The position numbers and the translations under genes were made by a program. A DNA stretch of 63,299 bases, the filler included, from Catajapyx aquilonaris (taxonomy: Eukaryota), in NCBI GenBank assembly GCA_000934665.2. It is 4 parts of 4 records of this genome, joined end to end, with 100 filler letters (N's around TTAATTAATTAA, not from the genome) between each part and the next. Parts side by side here need not be neighbours in the genome. Positions count along the whole stretch, not along the records: positions 31,736 to 47,440 come from JYFJ02007423.1; positions 47,541 to 63,299 come from KZ539683.1; 2 more parts are not named here. One strand, 5' to 3'. The notes beneath the pieces were generated by a model that made no database searches, was not told where the DNA came from, and saw nothing but the letters and a program-made list of their open reading frames with translations. This document shows, one piece after another, positions 35,930-48,149 of this stretch (positions within the stretch are counted from its first letter, which is position 1; every line of letters begins with the position of its first letter).

Positions 35930-38900
35930 TCACTCTTGTAACTGTGGTGTCGAGCCACCTTGTAATTTCTCCAGGATTTGTTGATGCTGAGTCTGAAGCC
36001 TCTGCCTTATGAAGTGGTAAAAGTCATACTCCATGCTGAGATTCTTCCTAAGCTCCCTCTCCAGATCCGCTCCAAGTAGTTTGTGTGGACGTTGTCTGTT
36101 GCGATTGGTGTGAGGTGCTGCAAAAAGGTTAGACAATGAGAGCAAAGCGTAATTTAGTGAAGACAATCTTCAATCTTATGATGTAAGAACCGTTATTTTC
36201 CAGCTGACCCAGAAGCTCTTGGTGATAGATTTGTTGAATCCCCCTGAAGAAGAGTGGGAGGCGATGCTCCAGTATGGCCAAAGATGCATTGAGATCTTCC
36301 AGAACACCCACGACTGGGAAATATGTATCCACATTTCGCTTGGCCTCTGACAGGGCCCATGCATCATTCAAGATCCTGGAACATGATAAAATCCCTCATT
36401 TCAGTTACAAGCTAGATGCAATTGTTTGCTTGTCCTAGATAATACAAAATGATACGAAATAATACAAAAAAATAATACAAAATGATAATTTCAATTCAAA
36501 ACCACTTACATGCATCTGGAGTGATGGCCACAGAAATATGGAATGGTCAGGTCATAAGACTGCCCATCGATAAAATAACATTCTGGACTCTTTGCTGAAT
36601 AGCATTGCTGGAAATTCTGGAAGGGGTCCACATTATGGTTGGCAGCATGATGTGGTCCAACATTGACTGAGTTTGGATCAGGGGTGACTCTCTTGTAATA
36701 GAAGCGGGAGAGAGCCTTCTCCACAGGGTCTCGCACCATGTTGATGTATGTTGGGGATTGGCGACCAAATGAGGTGAAGTTGAGAAGGTACACATGACGA
36801 TCAAATGACAAGGGGATTCCAAAGGTCTGCACCTGCTCCATTACCTCTTCTATCAGTTCTGACTAAAGGAAGAAACTAGGATTAGTGTATTCAAATTGGT
36901 TTTTAGCCTAAATTTGCACCATTAATTTTGGTACTTAAGTGATATATCAGACTAGGTGAAAATTTTAAGCTTCATTATTATGAAGTACAAAACATTCGTC
37001 TCATCAGGTTGCATCTAGAAAGCTTGGCTGCGAATGAAAACAATGACTTATACACTACAGTAGCTAATGTTTGCTGCCCATTGGCATATGAGCTTCCTTT
37101 TTCTGCTTATCCATATCTCAGTTGCTACATAGTCTCGCATGCACTTTAAAAGACTAACAAAAAAGATAGGAAATCTGCAGGATGCTTCTTCCTTTGTGAA
37201 TGAAGGATTTTGTTTGAGAAAGTGCATAAAAGTGTGAATAGCATGTGAAAGCTAATCCCACAAGGGAGCTATCTGGAAGTCTTTATTGCAGTAAAGTACT
37301 GCCAATTTACAAATTTTCTGAATTTCAAATGGCCACGCGGCATGATAATGTATAAATTGTGCAGTTCATGACAGGTAAGTCTACCCAGTATACAGGAAGT
37401 TCAGGTTTTACATTGTTCTGGTCTGCATAAACTTGCTATAACGAAGAAAAATTAAGTAACCAACAAAATTGTTGCTTGTATCATATCATTTTCACTAACT
37501 CGTGAGAATTTTCATGCCGAGATTTCCCACAGTCAGCTGTTTTCTTTTACATTTTATCTATTTTCACCAGGCATGGAATTAGGTTGCTTAATAGGGACAA
37601 CATTGCAGATGTTGGGAATCTCAGCCTCAGCCAAATTCAATCCCATATTCTGCCAAGCCTGTACCAACTCTGTCCTCATAGTCAGCATTATAGTGATCGG
37701 GGGGTGTAAAAACTAGAAAGCATAATAAGAGCAGGGTAGTCTGTTATTCACCTGCTGCGTGGACAACTCATTTTCCCGAAAGCGTATAAGATGTGACAGA
37801 AGTTTGTGTATATCCTTGCCTGATAACGTGTTAGAATGCTGCGTAAGTGTCACTGACTCACTTTCACATCTTTGTCGATCTTTTGCCTCCAGGAGATGCT
37901 TGTTGTTGCGAAACCCTACTCCTCCCGCCCACTTTTTATAAACGCAGCCCTTACATTGACCCAACTCTAGTAATTAAGCTTTCATTACTACTCGTAAATC
38001 TTTTTAAAATACTCCGTATAAGGATTGCAGTCTTTTATACACTACTTGTGCATGTGCTATAGAAATGTGACGACCCTGACATGCTCATCATTGTTGTATG
38101 CAATAGGAATGTGTACATAAAAACGACCGTCATGATCGACAAGAAGCAACCTGACTTGTAAGCATATGTTCAAATAAATCTATGTAGGTCAATATTCATA
38201 CTCACAAGGCATCACTATCAGTCTATCACTAATAGGTTATAACAACAGCATGCATTTTCTTAAAGTTATAAACTGCACTTTTTACACCAGCATAAAATTC
38301 TTCAGAAACCGAAATATTTTGTTCTTACTGAAGGTAAAATGAAATCATGAATATTTAAGAAAGTGCCTTGAAGGACTGTCAGTGGAAGGGCGTGAGTGAA
38401 GGTCCATTCTTTTGACTGCGCCTCGCTGCTGCACAGCAGTTGGCCTGCAGGGTATTGTGGCATTTCTCTCGGCGTATCAGATAGTGTCTGTACTCAAGCT
38501 GGGCAAAGATGGACGCAACTCTTGCGAGCAAGGATTATGCTGAGGCGAAGGAAGATTAAGAGAGTTATCCCCCACCCCCACCCCTTCCCTTATCCTTTTA
38601 CGCCACACTCACCCGGAAAAACTTTATACATTAATTTGCAAGGCTTCCAGAGATGAGACAAGTGCGATGTTATAATAATAATAAGTGTGATTATTTTAAG
38701 CTTCATCCCACCTAATTTGTAGTGAATAGTGAACTGCAGCAGGGATTAACTTGAATATACAGAATTTTTCAGGAGAATATGCAATGCGGAAAAATTGATG
38801 CGATAAGAGATTTCACATAATTTTTGTCGGATATTACGGAACTTGCCTGAGGGAACTGTAGGTTCATGAGCAACAAAGAGTGAAATTGTAATTTTAGTGT

Positions 38901-41003
38901 CTGTAACCTAACTCGAGGAATTACCTATCAGAAAGGTGCTGCTACTGTTCATGGTAAAGGGCAGAATTCATAAACATAGGGAGAATGACTTTGTGACTGA
39001 AGTCATCTTCGAATGAGACTTAAGTTATTATAGCAAAAAAAACTTGTTCACTAAAGAAAAATATCGCATAACTTTCTATTCATTACAATATCATTATTAA
39101 CGCTTCGTCGAATCCATTTGGAGATGACTTACGGAAAATAATATTACGTAAAAATTAAGCCCCATTAAAAATTCATTACCATAAGTGATAGTGAAACCTT
39201 CAGCTTTAAAACCTTCATATCTCAAAATCACTCAAATGTGACTCAAATCGTTCTGCACTTAAGGTCTTCATTTATAAAAATCAGTGTGAAACTCAAAATA
39301 ATATGTTATGTGATCTGCTGTCTATCAAAGAATGTTTCACTTTCCTATTAGTTGCAATTACTCAAACTATTTTCAATCGCCTGACATGATTCGATTTATT
39401 TGAGGGGGAAAGTATGACCTTATATGAACGCCGATTTAGATTGCCATTGGGATAACTGCTAGCACAGCAAGCACTCTCAAGAGCACCGACATACTAGGAC
39501 CCCCCTTTTTTTCTTCTAAAACTTGCAAGGCCTACAATAATTTATCTAGCTACAACATGACCCTAAATATAGGTCTTACTTTCCAACATAACATTATAAT
39601 GCTAAAAATCTCTCTCGTATAAAGTTACTCAAAAGGCGCGCAACCGTGCATGTTTATGACTCGAAAGTTTATTACCTTCAAGGCACATGCACCAGAATTA
39701 GTTCAATTATTTACTCAGATCATACGGCAGACAATTACTTTATTTTCATAACACTCACGCAAGTACTGAGCACAAATGTCATTTGTTTGTCACCAGCTCT
39801 CTCTGTACTTAATGTAATCATTTTGGACAAGTTTCCACCCTGAACAAAGAGGTGTTTAAGGCAGGTGAAAAGCGGAAGGAAGTGTTTTGAGAGCACCTGT
39901 TGCCGGTCTTAGATGCAATAATTGAGGTGCACCGCCTATAGTGCCAGGAGAGAGAGAGAGAGAGTTGAATGCCTTAAGACGTGAACAACGTGGAAATTAA
40001 TCCACAAACCAGCATTCTGAAGGGCAGCTTATTACTAAGTGACACAATAAGATATTATCGCAGACAGCCTTGCAAGTAGGTCAAGTCTCACGACTGGTTT
40101 TCAGCAGCAAAGCCATGATAACGAGTCAAATTTGAGTTAATTGTCATTCATTTTGGGGGTACTTAAAGTTATTCACTTTAAAAGATGTCATTTGAAGGCA
40201 TAATTGTAGTGAGTACAGAGGCTGGAATAATTTATTGCCGTAATTATTTTGCAACTCACCACCGGAACAGATTGCAGGTATTTGTCCACATAATTCGTGT
40301 CAATTAAGTGTTCTGTCAATTGCTTAACGCACTGGCCTTGTAGTATGAATAAGTACCATTTCGAATAATGACGTCATCTATTTAATATGCTGGCTTTTGG
40401 TGAAAACATTGTCAAGTTTTTCCACCCCAAAGCCCACACCCGTTCGATAAAATGCCTACACCTTCCCTTTCCTTTTGTACCGGCTCATAAATTAATGAAC
40501 AAAACCTATATGGATGAGCTAATGAAGGCTTGCCTAACTACCTGCTGGATTCTATCCAGTCTTCGAACATTTCCGTTTCGAAGCCGGACATGTTTAAACA
40601 GGTTCCTTCCTTCCAACCACTGGAGAAGAAGAACAAGCATCTCACTTCCAGTCTTTGGAATACGGTTGAAGAAAAGAACATATTCGTTCAATCCTCTAGC
40701 TGTTTCCTCCAAAGACTTAGTGATCCTCTTTGATGTCCATGTGCTCGATCTGCCAAAAAGTGATCACATTTTTTTATATTCAATACTATCAATACTTGAA
40801 AGAATGACCCCTTATACTTACGATGGCTCTTCCCTGCCATCCCTAGTGTGGACTTGAAACACATGTGTGGTCAACCACTTGTTCTGGTAATGCAGGTACG
40901 AAGCTCTTTGCTGAGTTAGTTCCTTATTGGTGGCCCATATGAATGCCATATATACCAACGAAGTTAGGGCTAGAGGTGGGAGGAATGCACGTGGTTTCCA
41001 CAT
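35930..41003 (-). CDS. Heparan sulfate/uronyl 2-O-sulfotransferase family protein (pipe/HS2ST/UST-like), 365 aa; exons 41003-40822, 40749-40542, 36862-36510, 36375-36209, 36117-35930
   Basis: Type II membrane anchor (LALTSLVYMAFIWA), 5'-PSB motif FFNRIPKTGS, 3'-PB motif YINMVRDPVEKALSRFYY, plus IPYFCGH, AKRNVDTYFPVVGVLED and EYDFYHF. All GT-AG junctions are phase-consistent (2,0,2,1); total 1098 nt. Confidence 0.92.
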
Positions 41004-41558
41004 CTCTATTCACTTCACACCAGTCATTCAGCCACATCTCGAGTTACGTCTACACACACTATTGGCACTTGTTTCACTTTGGCACGTTGGAAAACACGCG
41101 TCTTGATCCGTCCAGCAGTGGAGTGGGACTGAAAAGACTTTCTCCTTCCTTGATGCAGCAGCCTCCGTGCCACTTTTTGCCACAACCTTACACCTAATGG
41201 GTCAAAGTCAGGAGGAAGAGGAATATGAGATGAGAACCTGCTGTGTGGAGGTGGTATGACTTTTGAATTGGATCACTTTCGGTGAGATCCGTTTTGGATC
41301 ATGCTTCACTTGTCGGTTTCGATATTTTTTTGTTTTTTTCGAAAGGAGATGCGTTTTCTATTTAGTCGAGGTCATCGTCTCGAGGATGGTACACAAAAAA
41401 AGGTGCGGAAAGGATTGACGGGTTGTTATGGGCTCTTAAACTGGAGTTAATTTTCTTCCTTTCACTTCACATTAATGTGAGATCCTGGATTTATTTAGAA
41501 GTGAAAATGATTGGCTCTAATGAACAATGTCACAATGGAAATGGGGTTGACAATCGCA

Positions 41559-41569
41559 ACCGGAAGTGT
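41559..41569. promoter_or_regulatory. ETS-type motif AACCGGAAGTG between the divergent genes
   Basis: Motif match only, in the 2.6-kb interval between the two start codons. Confidence 0.3.
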
Positions 41570-43602
41570 CTACCGCTATTCGCCTCATTTTGTCTATTGT
41601 CCAAATGTAGGCCTACAACTGAAATAAACGGAAGCCAAGGGAATGGTTCAAAAATGAATGAAAATTTGCATACACCTTGAGTTTTTTTTAATTAAAAAAA
41701 AACCCTTCTCCGTTATTTGCCTTTAGCTGAAAGAGAAATGACTTGTACAGTTTCTGGCTGGCTGGCTTCTCACACGCCAACATATCAACTTCCACTTTCC
41801 CCACCGTAGTCACCAACAGCTCACGTAACTCTTACCAACCATTACCTCCTCTATTTTTATGAATTTATTACACATTCACTCGACTTCCGAATTCTCGCTC
41901 CAATTGTACCGAAACTGGGCTGAGGTCAATTAGATCCAGCTCGACTCACGCAATATAGTGCTGTAAAATTTGAATTCAGAAGAAACCGTCTGCTGACCCA
42001 CAAAAGTTTCTTGAGAAGAAATCACTTTTACTTCCTACCCAGTTCTGCATGCAGGATGTCTCAAGTTGATGCCCATAATACACACGAGTTGGACCTTTTC
42101 AAATTCGGAGGTCATCACTCGCTTAGGACTGGACTGGCAAGTTTGCTTGGCAGAAAACACATGCCCTCTTTCTTAACTTTCGTTAAGAGTTGGAAATACC
42201 TTTTTTTTAAAGGCTTGAAGAGGATGCTGAAGGGTTATGCTAAGAGAGAGGGGTGAAAGGGGAATCATCACGTTCACGACGAAGTTCGCCTTGAGATGGG
42301 ATGTACGCCCAATATAAAAAAAAAGTGTCACGGTACGAGAAGAATGTAGATATAGAGTAATGAGCCAGCATCAATTTGAGAGGGAAAAGCGTGACTTGAG
42401 CAGAGTTGAGGTAATGAGACCTCTAGGAAGTGTAGGGAATGAGATTTGGTAATTAAAGCAGGCTATTAACCGGGTCATTTTATAGTGAAAGGTCGTTAAT
42501 TTTGGCGGATCTGTACCGTGAGAATTTGGCCAGGTTGAGCAGGTTTGCGTCATGAAATCGGCTGAGGTACAATAAGGTTTTAATTATATACCATTTTTTG
42601 ACATTTAATGACAGAAATTTTTGGGTTCCAAATTGTCCATGAAAATTTTGATGACTGGTCCATGACACCTTTCCCCATGACACCATCAGTGATTGGGTGT
42701 GGAGAAAAGTATCCCGGACCTATATAAATCTTAAGGAGAGATGGACGATTGATGAGGTCATACCAGAAGCGTTTTCAAGAGAGATTGAAACGCCCGCTGG
42801 GCGGCAGTCAATGTCAAGAGGTGAGAGAGATCTGAATGCCATGAGAGTCGTGATGGATAACGTCATTCGGATTCCCTGCGGCGCGGCGGGGGTTTAAATG
42901 TCCCACCTTGATATCTTGAAATGTTATGGGAACCAAACTATCAACTTGAATGATGTCATCTCTCCATTTGCTTGTTAAGAAATCAGATAATAATAAATAA
43001 TAACAAATAATAAAATTGGAATCAGTCATTTTGACCCATTGAATGTTACTATAAATAATTACTATAATTAAGAATGAGAAGACACTAGAGATCTTGCATG
43101 TCGCATGCCTCACGTGAAATAAGTGAAAGCTGACATGTACTGCAGTGTGATCTCCACAGAGGGTGAATCCTCTGACAGTGAAACAAAAAAGGACTTGCAA
43201 TTGTTTATTTATGGGACGACACCAAAAACAGTGCCGATGTGCATGAAGCGTGACCTGCCAAGGAAAAGTGGAACAGGTTAAAGTGGAAAGCAGAAGGAAG
43301 ACTCCAGAGGTGTTCCTTTGGCGCCACTCCAGGTCGAAGAGGTCACGATTTTTTGACCATATTTTTTCCGGCCTCTCATACGCTCATATACTCCACAAGA
43401 CATGGATTAGAAAGCTGAATTACTTAAATAATTGAATAGCATACGTCCCGGTTATGTCCATTATTCCCCATTCGTTTCGTGTGCTAAGTAGAGCTTCAAA
43501 TCCAGTTTCACTTGAAGCCAAGTTCAAGGCTGGTGTTCTTCACTCACTTATTTCTAGACTACCGAACCTGAAGGTCTGCCTCTTCTGCTGTGCTGCAAGA
43601 CC

Positions 43603-45055
43603 ATGGAACAACTTCAAGGATGCCTTATTATAGCAGGTGGGTCACATGAAAGTCTTTAAAACTAATGGTTACATTTGATGCCATTTTGCTTCAGGCGTCT
43701 TTATGGGAATGTCCATGACGGTGTCGGCTGAACTGACACAATTGGCAAATTCTACTGGAACTGAACCAGCAGAAGAAGGAGTGTTCCATCACTTGCCGGC
43801 GATGCTTAACCAACTGAAGGATGAGTTAGAGCTGAAGGTGAACACACACCGGATGGAGTTGCTGCTGAGAAATGTCTTCTCTTTCCCTCGAAACCATTTG
43901 ACCAACTCTAGTCTAAAGGATGATGTCCGGAAGTTCCTAGCTAGAACATTGGCCAGCTACAAGATGCTGACTACATACCAGCAGTTTCAACCTGTCCACT
44001 TTCACGAGTCGGTATGTCATACAGTTAATTACTTACTTCCAATGTTACTGAGCAACCAATTTCGTTTATAGTACCCAGAAGACATGCCGGACGGTACAAA
44101 CATTGTGTCCATACTCCCAGGACGCTTCTGGGGCACCAAAAAGGACCGTATTCTGGTGGTGGGAGCACACTGGGACACCTTGACCTTCACCCCAGGCACA
44201 GACGACAATGGCTCTGGAGTGACCGCCCTCTTGGAATCAGCCCGTGTCTTGGCCAAGTCTCCAAACCGCTGTCGACGCGACTACTCCATCCTGTTCGTGG
44301 CATTTGACCTGGAGGAATCTGGAGGTCAAGGCAGTCTGGCGTTTGTCCGGCACCACCTGGTGCCTCGGATCCTACGTCCGTTCGGATGGCCCGCGTTCCA
44401 AGGGGCGTTCATCCTGGACACTGTCCTAAATTGGAACTCAAGCAAAGGCTCTCAGGAGATTCCGGACGACTGGAAGTTCCTCACGCCGGACCTGGTATCC
44501 AGTACAGAACGTGAGGGACACGTTGGAGACTTCGTGGCTGTGTTTTACCGTCCGAAACTTGAGGCTGAACGGAACGGGTTGCAGGAAGTGTTTCGTAACC
44601 ACTGGACTCAAGTGTCCGGAGGCGCTCTCGAAATGCGGTATAAAGGGGTCCCATTGACTCAGCTGACCCCTGACATGCCGCCGGTTCCAGTTCTCTCTCG
44701 ACATCTTGATTTTCTAAGAAGCGACCATGCCAGGTTCTGGTATCTGAATGACTCTTCCATGCCTTTTAACACCTTGCCAGCAGTGCTAATTACTGACACG
44801 GGGCCGTACCGGGGGGTGATGAAGGAGTGTTACCACAATGTGTGTGACGGTCCACAGTACTTGTTGGACAATAAGACTCACAATATGGAGTTCTTGGGGC
44901 TGGTGACGCAAGCATTGGTGGACACCTTGGCTCAACTTAGTCATCATAGGTGTTTCGACGGAGAAACTGTTGCTGCTTCGTCTGCAGTCAAGCCTAACCC
45001 ATTGGAGGTTTTGTTCCGATCGTGGACTATTTTGAAGTGGATGGGTGTCGTTTGA
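43603..45055 (+). CDS. Secreted M28 family zinc metallopeptidase (YfbL-like), 444 aa; exons 43603-43636, 43695-44011, 44072-45055
   Basis: Signal peptide MEQLQGCLIIAGVFMGMSMTVSA. M28 motifs VVGAHWDT, PGTDDNGSG, FDLEESG, ILD, RSDH, ITDT and YH..CD. The 58-nt and 60-nt GT-AG introns keep the frame (phases 1 and 0). Confidence 0.9.
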
Positions 45056-45961
45056 CTTGTTCAGGTGTTAGGTTTTGGTTCATGATGGATATGTGGTATT
45101 CTAGTTTTTGTATAAGGCGCATGACATTGGGGGAGGAGAAAAGTGAGAGATGATTGATTCGTTCGGCCCAGATAGTGCTAATTGAAAAGTCACACATTAA
45201 GGGCACATATTTTCTGGACGCCAAGGTGGTTAACATACAAATTGAGTGGCGGTTTTGATGCCATCGCGCTTTAGTGGCGCCATGCAAATTCCACATGGAG
45301 TTAAGGTATAAACTGCACATTCTCCGCGTGGAATTCAAACTATTCTGTTCAGTGTTGATATTTCGTTATTACTTATTTGCCAAAAATATTTAAGATGCCT
45401 TTATTGCTGCCGAGTACAGAGGACACTAACATGACGGTGTGCCACGTATAATCGTTGCAAGATGTGTCATTGTTTGAAAATGTGAAACACTGCGATGTTT
45501 TATTTTCAGAGCGGAAGAAATTCATGACGAAGTGTACTGTACATAATTAGGCGCAGAATAAGTACGCATATACGAGCTGTCGAAAATGTTCTCAGGCAAG
45601 TGAAGCTTACAACCACGCGAAAAAAATAATGCAATTGTGACATTAAATAAATAACTTAAAATGACACAAATATACTACGCATTATCTGAATAGTATAAAT
45701 GAAGCTCATTATTGAAATCCACAATTATTAATAAACCCCACACTTTTTAGGAAAAGCATTCATTATTTTCCAATAGTGGCCTTGCTTATTATTGACCAAA
45801 CGGTGACCTGGTTACCAGGGAGGCGTATTCCCCTCGGGGAAAATAATTGATTAGTTAGGAATTCCTGTTTCTTTCTCGCGTGTTCATACCAGATGGTCCA
45901 GTAAGTCTGTCTGTAACAGCCCATTACGGTGCAAATTGGCAAGTCCAGCACACCGAGAAGA

Positions 45962-46176
45962 ATGGCGAATAAGGCGCCGAAAACGGAGGAAGATGTGACA
46001 TCTGCACCCACCACCTACCGAGACTCAGACGTAATGGACCTGTATGTGGACACTCTGGAGGATTTCGTGTGCCCTTCTAACATATGCTCCAGGTCCACTC
46101 TCCAAATCGTCGCAGATTACGAGAAGAAACATGCCGTGGAGATCAAGGCTGCCAGGGACAGACTCACGCAAAAACG
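45962..46176 (+). CDS. Probable first coding exon of an unidentified gene
   Basis: AGAATGGCG start, 71 codons of protein-like composition (MANKAPKTEED...DYEKKHAVEIKAARDRLTQK), and a putative donor CG|GTCAGT followed by AT-rich sequence. No homologue recognised. Confidence 0.5.
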
Positions 46177-46587
46177 GTCAGTTTCTCAAACAAAATTTAG
46201 GTGCGTAGCTGTTTGACACTAGAATACCGCCTGCGTTTTACTATAGGGAAATCTATTGTACTGTGGCTGGAGTAAGAGAAGTGGCGTAAATAGAACAATA
46301 CATTATTTTAACAATTAACAGGATCCCTGACTCGGCTACTAATACTGTAATAAGATAAATTAAATTATTTATTGGGGCCGGCATCATTATCTATGCCATA
46401 AAGAATGCAGCGGAACGCCGCGCCGCGCCGTTTAGAGTTCGCTGATGATCCAGAACACTTAAGTTACATGCCACGTGTACATGATGTAAATTTTCCAGTA
46501 GGTTTCCATGGTTACCTATAGTTTTATTATTGTTAACTAACTTATGGCACGTTAATAGTTGCATTCCGTGTTTAGGCAGGGAGCATA

Positions 46588-46916
46588 TCTCTATCTCTAC
46601 CGTATAAATAAGGAAGTTTGTCAGTTTATTTGTCAATTTGGATGTTTGTCCCTTATAGAAATCCGGGGGAAGGCCCCTACACCGCCTTAAATTAGCATAT
46701 CGGGAGTTACATTTTTCAAGGAATTTAATGCCGCATGTTTCAGCTAGTCCGAAAATGAACCTAACACCCATAACACGCATATTCCCAATTAACCAATTAT
46801 CAATTACCTATTTAACAATATTCATAGATTTCCATGGTAATGCCCTCATTACATTGTAGGCCTACCACCATAACAATGACCATAACATACCCGGGCAACG
46901 CCGGGTAACCTGCTAG
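46588..46916 (+). mobile_element. Short non-autonomous Helitron
   Basis: 5' A|TCTCTATCTCTACCGTATAAATAAGGAAGTTTGTC; 3' hairpin TACCCGG-GCAACG-CCGGGTA (46888-46907) then CTAG|T. Confidence 0.8.
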
Positions 46917-46918
46917 TA

Positions 46919-47346
46919 CTACATAAGAGGCGCAAACATTCGATTTTTTTCGTCTCTCTGTTTATGGCGTTGTCAAGGCCGGCGGCCATCTTGACGTGTG
47001 TGGTATGTCAACGAGGTGTAAATAGGGTACAGGCAGGTCGTCAATGTCCGCGGGGTTCGCCATCTTTGATGGTTTGGGCTGCCATGGCAATACACGGCAA
47101 TAACAATTTACTTACCCATTTTCCAATATCAAATTCAAATTCGCGCGTGTTATTGCCGTGTATTGCCATGGCAGCCCAAACCATCAAAGATGGCGGACCC
47201 CGCGGACCTTGACGGCCTGCCTGTACCCTATTTACACCTCGTTGACATACCACACACGTCAAGATGGCCGCCGGCCTTGACAACGCCCTATAAACTGAGA
47301 GACGCGAACAACAATGGCGCCGACAAAGTTTGCGCCTCTTATGTAG
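46919..47346. mobile_element. Foldback MITE with ~180-bp arms, TA-flanked
   Basis: TA|CTACATAAGAGGCGCAAAC ... GTTTGCGCCTCTTATGTAG|TA. This explains the mirror ORFs 46964+ and 47041-. Confidence 0.9.
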
Positions 47347-47440
47347 TATATGCTCCCTGGTTTAGGGCATTAAAAGTATTATGTTCCAACAATGAGAGGT
47401 TGATTTAATTTGTAGGCGTATTCGGCAATTCAGGAATCTG

Positions 47441-47540
47441 NNNNNNNNNNNNNNNNNNNNNNNNNNNNNNNNNNNNNNNNNNNNTTAATTAATTAANNNN
47501 NNNNNNNNNNNNNNNNNNNNNNNNNNNNNNNNNNNNNNNN
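47441..47540. other. Artificial contig linker
   Basis: 44N-TTAATTAATTAA-44N. Confidence 0.95.
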
Positions 47541-48059
47541 CAGCCGAATTCTGGTTCAAAACGCAACCCCATACTAATGTAGTTGAAATATTCACACGCA
47601 GAAATTACCATATCGTCTCACATGAATCTCCGCCAGAAAAACAACCGGTCCACATTCACGTGAGAAACATGTTTTAAAAATCGCTCACCCAATCATCCCA
47701 TTTTTAATCGTCACAACCGCATTGCAATTAAATCCCAGAAAAACATCCCTGTTCTATTCTAACCACTCTTGAACTAAAAAAAGGGCAGGCCCACCCCATG
47801 TTAGCGGTGCAAAGTGCGGTTACTCTGGTCTATGTGTCCATGTTTGCGCGAATAGCACCCCCCGAATTGAGGAATCTGAGGTGGAATTTTTGGCGAGCAG
47901 GGCAGCGGTCACTGTATCCGGAGCTAGGCCTGTCATTTTCCATGTGGAGAGAAAAAAAAAGGGGGGGGAAGCCGAGATCCTATTTCATCTCTAGCCCTCT
48001 CCACAAATTCAACCGATGTTAAAGGGCCCACATTCCAATTCTGCAAGTTTTGTCACCAA

Positions 48060-48149
48060 CCCCAAATTTTTCCCACAGCTGGGAAAAATTTGGGGTCCGG
48101 ACAAAATTTCTTATATGAAGCTCTTTATATAAGAAATTTTGTCCGGACC
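48060..48149. repeat. Two abutting hairpins
   Basis: ccccaaatttttccca-cagc-tgggaaaaatttgggg, then ggtccggacaaaatttcttatat-gaagctcttt-atataagaaattttgtccggacc. Confidence 0.85.

Noticed and set aside
42011..42897. Small ORFs between the divergent genes
   Set aside because: Short, non-ATG starts, no recognisable motif, and no consistent splice model.
13705..45055. Ankyrin + RasGRF + sulfotransferase + peptidase as a functional gene cluster
   Set aside because: They lie on three different contigs separated by artificial linkers. Only the last two are truly linked.
46964..47408. Mirror-image ORFs on opposite strands
   Set aside because: They result from the palindromic MITE. The same applies to 25617/25858 and 2289/3004.
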